In this document: in pieces, positions 23,980 to 28,986 of the stretch
Numbering within the stretch: the first letter of the stretch is position 1
Layout of the letters: each line of letters opens with the position of its first letter
From: Chlamydiota bacterium
GTDB taxonomy: Bacteria > Auribacterota > JACPWU01
DNA: 32,000 nucleotides
Assembly (NCBI GenBank): GCA_016196885.1
Contig: JACPWU010000038.1
Location: forward strand, 1-32,000
Direction of reading: 5' to 3'
The notes under the pieces: model-generated
What the model saw: the letters and a program-made list of their open reading frames with translations, nothing else
Databases searched by the model: none
What the model was told of the DNA's origin: nothing
Position numbers and translations under genes: made by a program

Positions 23980-24041
23980 AGGTTCAAAGAATGAGCACCC
24001 ATGAACCTTTGAACTTTTGAACCTTGGAACCTTTGAACTTT
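23967..24041. repeat. Second hairpin of the same GTTCAAAG octamer family, overlapping the SPFH stop
   Basis: TTCAAAAGTTTAAAGGTTC (23967-23985) pairs 18/19 with GAACCTTTGAACTTTTGAA (24003-24021). The right array continues to 24041. Confidence 0.7.
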
Positions 24042-24055
24042 CATAAGGAGGTCTT

Positions 24056-24286
24056 ATGGTCAGCGCCTATATTTTCATTGAAACCGATCATGGAAAGGCA
24101 AAGTCCGTTCGTGAAGACATTCAAAAATTCTCCTTTGTGAAGCGAGTCCATTTGGTGACAGGTCCTTATGATTTGGTCGCCTTTGTCGAAGCCCTCGATC
24201 TGGCTGCCCTGGGTGATTCTATCACTGTGAAGGTCCAGTCTATTCCTGGGGTGGTGAAGAGTCTTACCAATATTGTGGTGGAGTAG
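24056..24286 (+). CDS. Stand-alone Lrp/AsnC ligand-binding (RAM) domain protein
   Basis: 76 aa, YIFIETD...V..V..V.GPYDLVAFVE pattern. There is no HTH domain. Confidence 0.7.
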   Translation: MVSAYIFIETDHGKAKSVREDIQKFSFVKRVHLVTGPYDLVAFVEALDLAALGDSITVKVQSIPGVVKSLTNIVVE

Positions 24287-24310
24287 GCTATTCCAAGGTA
24301 GCGTCTCTAA

Positions 24311-24417
24311 CTTTTCTTTAATGGACTTTGGAGAGGACGGCATTATTTTGCAAAACAAATTGAAATTTTTGCTATTGAAGAGAAGACAAGATGATTGGTC
24401 ATAACCGTGATTACAAG
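24311..24417 (+). pseudogene. Possible remnant of a DUF4258-like toxin gene (frameshifted C-terminal fragment)
   Basis: A 27-codon ORF (24311-24394: MDFGEDGIILQNKLKFLLLKRRQDDWS) plus a +1-frame tail LVITVITRYF (24385-24417) resemble the C-terminal ..G..L.VV....VITV.. end of DUF4258 proteins, which usually precede DUF2283 genes. Recognition by eye only. Confidence 0.25.
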
Positions 24418-24439
24418 GTATTTTTAAAGGGAGGTCTTC

Positions 24440-24676
24440 ATGAAACTCACTTATGATCCTCGCTATAACATTGCCTATTTGCGTCTGCACGAGAAGACAG
24501 ATTCGGTTGAGACGATTCATATCAGCGATGAATTGAATGTGGATATTGCCTCGGATGGGACTGTGTATGGGATTGAACTTTTGAATGCGAATCAGCAATT
24601 GTGTGCAGAAGATGCTGGGAAGCTGGTGTTTGTCAATGAGGCTTTGGGAAAGAGCAAGGAAATTTCATTTAAGTAA
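24440..24676 (+). CDS. DUF2283 family protein
   Basis: MKLTYDPRYNIAYLRL ... VDIASDGTVYGIELLNANQQL matches the DUF2283 pattern (YD-x-x-x-D/N-x-x-Y-I/L ... G-x-I/V-x-G-I-E-I/L). Confidence 0.75.
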   Translation: MKLTYDPRYNIAYLRLHEKTDSVETIHISDELNVDIASDGTVYGIELLNANQQLCAEDAGKLVFVNEALGKSKEISFK

Positions 24677-24796
24677 GAATTTCAAAGTTGGCATGCTAAG
24701 CTGAACGAAGAAGAGGAATAAGATCCCTCGCCCGCCTTTCCGAGCGAGAGCGAGGCTGGATCCCGCCGACGTTGCGTCGGGATCCTCGGGATGACT

Positions 24797-24989
24797 GATC
24801 CAGTATTTAAAAGTGTGTCCTTTGGAAAGGTGGCGGGTCCTGCCGCCCAACCACCCCATCAACGGCATCGGTCTCGATGAGGGATCGAGATGTATAGCTG
24901 ATGCGAATGACTCGACCTGCTGGCGCTTGATGGGGACCCCGTTGGGCGTCACCCGCATGAATAAAGGACACACTTTTAAATACATTATC
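24797..24989 (-). mobile_element. Non-autonomous TIR element (MITE-like), copy 2, 193 bp, inverted relative to copy 1
   Basis: The reverse complement aligns end to end with 19743-19932. Flanked by the direct repeat GGATGACT (24789-24796 and 24990-24997). Confidence 0.8.
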
Positions 24990-25088
24990 GGATGACTGTT
25001 GCGCAGTCATTTTCCTTGACTTTTATCTTTATTTTTACTATACCAAACTCGTGTAGGAGAGTATGCTAAAGAAAGGAGGTGAGCTCGA

Positions 25089-25394
25089 ATGTTGGAGATC
25101 ATCTTCTTAGGGTTGGCATGCATGAGTGCGCCTCTTTTTGCCAAGTATGCGGGTTTTGAGCACAAAAAGCTGGCCTTTGATATGGTGGGGCTTTCTGGGA
25201 TGTTTTTCCTTCTAGGTTCGGCTTTTATGCTTGTGTCCTCGAAGCTTGAAATGTTCAGTGGGCTGGGTCATTACGGAATGCTTTTCAGCTATTTCGTCGG
25301 CCTTTTGGGCATGGTGATCGGGGCTCTCTTGGCAGGGTTAGATCTTCTGATGGAATTTTTCATGCATCCCGAAAAGTTGTTCCAACACGGATAA
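25089..25394 (+). CDS. Small hypothetical membrane protein (about 3 TM)
   Basis: 101-aa hydrophobic ORF with a GGAGG RBS 6 nt upstream. No family recognised. Confidence 0.5.
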   Translation: MLEIIFLGLACMSAPLFAKYAGFEHKKLAFDMVGLSGMFFLLGSAFMLVSSKLEMFSGLGHYGMLFSYFVGLLGMVIGALLAGLDLLMEFFMHPEKLFQHG

Positions 25395-25443
25395 GCCGTG
25401 ATGGAGGGTGAAAAGGGGTTAGGGGGAAAAAGGTCGGGGATTC

Positions 25444-26166
25444 TTATTGTTTAAACAACCCCTGAATTTTTGTGAGCGACAATTCCTGAAAACTTTTGAG
25501 CACCAGGTCTGACTCTTTTAATTGCGACTTCGAATACGTGTGGGCCAAGGCAAGCGATTTCATCTGGGCCTTGTGAGTTCCTCTCACCCCCGCAATAGAA
25601 TCTTCGATGACCAAACACTCCTGAGGAAGGATTTTTTTGAAGCGGTTTAATTTCTTAAGGGCTAATAAATAACTTTCCGGATCGGGCTTGCTTTTTTTTG
25701 TGTCTTCGGCAGCAATAATCACTTTGAATTTTTTGAGAATCCCCGCCCTTTTCAAAATCCAGCCTATCTCACTTCCCAAAGCAGCCGAGGCAATGGCAAG
25801 CGGGTATTTTTTGGAGAGAATGTTCACCCATTTTTTCACGCCAGCAAAGAGCGTGAGGTGTTTTTCAATATAGGCCTCATAGGCATGCGCTTTCCTCTCT
25901 ACCAGCTTTCTGATTTTTGACCTTGAAATCGGATGTCCCTCTTTGTTTAGAATTTTTTCAAAACAATTTTTATCATCAAAGGCCAAATAATGGCTGTAAT
26001 ACTCTTGGGCGCTTAACCGGATTCCTTCCTCTTTCAAAATTTTCTGAAACATTTTTAAGTGAATCGGTTCATCGTTCACAATGACGCCGTTGAAGTCGAA
26101 GATGATGGCTTTTAATGAAAAAAGTCGTGAGTCGTGAGTCGTGAGTCGTGAGTGTTGAGTTGTCAT
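25444..26166 (-). CDS. HAD-superfamily hydrolase (beta-phosphoglucomutase-like subfamily IA)
   Basis: Motif I IIFDFNGV (the second Asp is Asn), KSKPDPE, and VIEDSIAGVRG. The first ~15 codons are encoded by a 7-nt tandem repeat. Confidence 0.75.
   Translation of the reverse strand: MTTQHSRLTTHDSRLFSLKAIIFDFNGVIVNDEPIHLKMFQKILKEEGIRLSAQEYYSHYLAFDDKNCFEKILNKEGHPISRSKIRKLVERKAHAYEAYIEKHLTLFAGVKKWVNILSKKYPLAIASAALGSEIGWILKRAGILKKFKVIIAAEDTKKSKPDPESYLLALKKLNRFKKILPQECLVIEDSIAGVRGTHKAQMKSLALAHTYSKSQLKESDLVLKSFQELSLTKIQGLFKQ
26124..26165. repeat. Heptanucleotide tandem repeat (GTCGTGA)x4 plus two degenerate units
   Basis: Perfect units at 26124-26151 and degenerate units GTGTTGA, GTTGTCA to 26165. 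It shares the exact 13-mer GTGAGTCGTGAGT with the 3864-3950 hairpin and has no complementary arm nearby. Confidence 0.85.
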
Positions 26167-26181
26167 CGTGTGTTCTTAACC

Positions 26182-27210
26182 TTAGAACGTGTTGAGTAAA
26201 TCTATCATTTGTCGGAGTCTCCCCCAACTGCCGCGAGTGTAATTGAAAAGAAGACGGGGGAGTCCAGCCAGGTCCGGTTCATTCGCTTCTTCTGGGGTCG
26301 GAGGTGATTTTGAAATTTTCCCTTCGACAAGAATGTCTGAAAATTTCTCATTGAGTTCATCAACCGCTTTATCTGAAACAGGAGACTGGAGACGGATAGC
26401 AAACTTTTCACCGACGAATCGAGAGGAGTGATAAATGCGATAAAATTGAACCAATTCCTTTACAGCCTTTTCAACGGAATCTGTCACTTTAAACAGGCTT
26501 AAATCTTCTGGAGAAATCAGTTTTTTGCCCAAAAGGTGTTTGTGAATATAAGCCTCCCAATCTTTCCAATAAGTGTTTCCAGGAGGAGCAACCATGACAA
26601 TAGGACGGGGTGAGCATTTACCGGTTTGAACCAGGGTCAAGGCTTCATAACCTTCATCGTGGGTTCCAAATCCGCCCGGAAAAAGGACCACTGCATCGGA
26701 TTCTTTGATAAAGATGAGTTTGCGGGTGAAAAAGTATTTATAATTGATCAGTTTAAGATCGTTTTCGATGATCATGTTTGCCTTTTGCTCGAAAGGCAGG
26801 CGAATGTTGACGCCAAAACTTTTGTCCCGGCCGGCCCCTTCGTGACCTGCTTTCATAATGCCACTGGCAGCGCCCGTGATGACCATCCAATTGGATTGGG
26901 CAATTTTTTTTGAAAATTCGATGGCCATTTGATAGTCCGGTTGATCTTCGGGCGTTCGGGCTGAACCAAAAATGGTGACTTTTTTCGTGCGGCGATAAGG
27001 AGAAAAAATCTTAAAAGAATAGCGAAGTTCTTTGAGCGCTGAGTTGATGATTTTTAAGTCACCCCTTTCTGTTTTGTCCTCGATTAACCTCAAGATCGAA
27101 TTAAGCATGTCCTTGAGGAGCCCTGATTCATCCGAGGTTTGGGCCCATTCAATGAGATGAGCCAGATCCTCAGGCGTTGGACGGGGATTCTTACCGGGTA
27201 TATTTCTCAT
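26182..27210 (-). CDS. LOG-family (TIGR00730-type) nucleotide 5'-monophosphate nucleosidase-like protein, long form
   Basis: VTIFGSAR, ITGAASGIMKAGHEGA and PGGFGTHDE motifs, with N- and C-terminal extensions beyond the ~190-aa LOG core. Confidence 0.75.
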   Translation of the reverse strand: MRNIPGKNPRPTPEDLAHLIEWAQTSDESGLLKDMLNSILRLIEDKTERGDLKIINSALKELRYSFKIFSPYRRTKKVTIFGSARTPEDQPDYQMAIEFSKKIAQSNWMVITGAASGIMKAGHEGAGRDKSFGVNIRLPFEQKANMIIENDLKLINYKYFFTRKLIFIKESDAVVLFPGGFGTHDEGYEALTLVQTGKCSPRPIVMVAPPGNTYWKDWEAYIHKHLLGKKLISPEDLSLFKVTDSVEKAVKELVQFYRIYHSSRFVGEKFAIRLQSPVSDKAVDELNEKFSDILVEGKISKSPPTPEEANEPDLAGLPRLLFNYTRGSWGRLRQMIDLLNTF

Positions 27211-27232
27211 GAGAAGACCTTAGCAGAAAAAG

Positions 27233-27248
27233 AATTTACATGTAAATT
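27233..27248. promoter_or_regulatory. Perfect 16-bp palindrome AATTTACATGTAAATT upstream of the LOG gene
   Basis: It lies 23-38 nt upstream of the LOG ATG (27210, minus strand). A candidate operator for a dimeric regulator. Confidence 0.35.
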
Positions 27249-27336
27249 TTGTAATTCTAATTATAATCTCTATTCTTTAGTATATCATAGCATCGTGCAC
27301 GGTTTTTCATAATTGTCATCACGAACAGAAGTGGTT

Positions 27337-27428
27337 TTCCCCTCCCCTTAAGATAAGGGGAGCTGGAGGGGTTATGAGTTTGATTTACATAACTCCCCCC
27401 TCCCCTCTTAACTTAAGAGGGGAGAAAA
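27337..27428. repeat. G/C-word hairpin cluster sharing two blocks with positions 158-263
   Basis: CCCCTCCCCTTA-AGAT-AAGGGGAGCTGGAGGGG and CTCCCCTCTTAA-C-TTAAGAGGGGAG hairpins. GGGGAGCTGGAGGGGTTA (27357-27374) matches 246-263 at 17/18. TAAGAGGGGAGAAAA (27414-27428) is identical to 166-180. Confidence 0.7.
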
Positions 27429-27473
27429 ACGCCGTTTTCATAATCATGGTGTGAAGCCTTGAGGAGATTTTTT

Positions 27474-28250
27474 ATGATTCATCCAACAGCGGTGGTAAGT
27501 GCGAAGGCTCAATTGGATTCTTCAGTGGAGGTTGGGCCTTATGCAGTGATTGAGGATCATGTCCGAATCGCAGCGGGTACAAAAGTATGGGCGCATGCCT
27601 ATGTGACGGGTTATACCGAAATAGGTCGAGACAATCAAATCCACATGGGGGCGGTGATCGGACATTTTCCACAAGACTTAAAATTTGATGGGCGAACACG
27701 ATCTTTTCTCAAAATGGGGGATCGCAATACCTTTCGAGAATATTCAACCATTCATCGGGGGACAGAGCCCGAAAGTTCTACCGTGATTGGGAACGACAAT
27801 TATCTCATGGGAGGGGCGCATGTGGCGCATAATTGTGTGGTGGGCAGCCGTGTGATTATCTGTAACTATGCTGTTCTGGGGGGGTATGCCCATGTGGCCG
27901 ATCAGGTGTTTATTTCTGCCAGTGTGATGATTCACCAGCATGTGCATGTGGGGCGCCTCGTCATATTTTCAGGCGGAGCTGGCGTTTCCAGAGATGTCCC
28001 GCCCTTTATGATGGCATGCGAGCGCAACGAAATCTGGTCGATGAATTGGGTCGGCATGCAACGCGCAGGATTTTCTCCAGAGACGATGCGGGAGATGAAG
28101 GGTGTCTACAAAATTTTTTATCGCTCAGGACTCAATGTCACCCACGCCCTAAGAAAAATTGAAGAAGAGAATTTTAAAAGCCCAGAGGTTGCAGAGTTTG
28201 TCGAGTTTATAAAAAATTCTCCCAATGGCGTTTTGCCGCATCGAGGGTAA
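27474..28250 (+). CDS. lpxA: Acyl-ACP--UDP-N-acetylglucosamine O-acyltransferase
   Basis: MIHPTAVV start, left-handed beta-helix hexapeptide repeats and a C-terminal helical domain. GAGGAG RBS at 27461-27466. Confidence 0.85.
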   Translation: MIHPTAVVSAKAQLDSSVEVGPYAVIEDHVRIAAGTKVWAHAYVTGYTEIGRDNQIHMGAVIGHFPQDLKFDGRTRSFLKMGDRNTFREYSTIHRGTEPESSTVIGNDNYLMGGAHVAHNCVVGSRVIICNYAVLGGYAHVADQVFISASVMIHQHVHVGRLVIFSGGAGVSRDVPPFMMACERNEIWSMNWVGMQRAGFSPETMREMKGVYKIFYRSGLNVTHALRKIEEENFKSPEVAEFVEFIKNSPNGVLPHRG

Positions 28251-28254
28251 AGTC

Positions 28255-28542
28255 CTATTTGTTTCGATAATGACTTAAGTATCGGTTAATGCTGTTGTGA
28301 TCCCCTATCACATGACAAAAGAAGGTGTCTTTGTCTAATTTCATTGCAATTCTCAAACGGATGTCTGCTCGAATTTCATATTTGTCATGGTTGATTTTCT
28401 TGAATCCAAGGCCCTTAGGAAGGTCACCTTCCTTCAAGGCGGACATGAACTCTTTTAAGAGATCAGAAACTTTTTTTTGATCTTTTGGAAAAAGTTTCTT
28501 GAACTGTTTTTGAAAATGACTAGAAAGGGTGAGATGTTTCAA
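28255..28542 (-). CDS. RelE/ParE-superfamily toxin (type II TA)
   Basis: 95 aa with the pattern ...KG..FKKI...KYEIRADIRLRIAMKLDKDTFFCHVIGDH, directly downstream of an AbrB-type antitoxin gene. Confidence 0.65.
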   Translation of the reverse strand: MKHLTLSSHFQKQFKKLFPKDQKKVSDLLKEFMSALKEGDLPKGLGFKKINHDKYEIRADIRLRIAMKLDKDTFFCHVIGDHNSINRYLSHYRNK

Positions 28543-28551
28543 GTGAAAAGC

Positions 28552-28812
28552 TCACGGGTTAAGAAGGCTGTCAATGTCCTTTTTTGACTTTAATTTTTTC
28601 CACCCCTTTTTCTTTTCATCTTCATGCAGTCGGTCGAGTCCCTCCAATGCTTCTTGGGAGTAGCGGGGTTCCAGATCTACTGGAACGAGAACTAACGTAT
28701 TCCCGCGTGCTTCAACTTTGACAATTTTCTCTTCTCCCATGTTTAGGCATTTCAAGAGATCTGACGGCAAATGAAGGTCGTTTCTGGCATTGATTCTAAG
28801 TGTTAGAGTCAT
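28552..28812 (-). CDS. AbrB/MazE/SpoVT-type antitoxin
   Basis: N-terminal swapped-hairpin pattern LHLPSDLLKCLNMGEEKIVKVEARGNTLVLVP. Confidence 0.65.
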   Translation of the reverse strand: MTLTLRINARNDLHLPSDLLKCLNMGEEKIVKVEARGNTLVLVPVDLEPRYSQEALEGLDRLHEDEKKKGWKKLKSKKDIDSLLNP

Positions 28813-28932
28813 AAAAACCCACCTCTGCCACCAATATACCGTATTGTATTTCTGACTTCAATTAAAAAGTGAACAAAATTCATATATGAAGATATGAACA
28901 ATGGAGGCTCATCCAGGGGAAGGGTGTATCCA

Positions 28933-28962
28933 TAAAAAAAGGAGAGGATTCCTCCTCTCCTT
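28933..28962 (-). terminator. Rho-independent terminator of the large secreted-protein gene
   Basis: On the minus strand, the 10-bp stem AAGGAGAGGA/TCCTCTCCTT with a 4-nt loop is followed by a T7 tract, about 25 nt after the stop at 28987. Confidence 0.75.
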
Positions 28963-28986
28963 TCCCTATACAGAAGGTCTTAAAAA

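Noticed and set aside
3864-24041. Whether the short tandem repeats (GTGAG, GAATTCA, AAATCA, GTTCAAAG words) represent CRISPR arrays
   Set aside because: The units are 7-8 nt and directly adjacent with no spacers. Each array is paired with its own inverted copy, and no cas genes are present. These are microsatellite-like arrays forming hairpins, not CRISPR.
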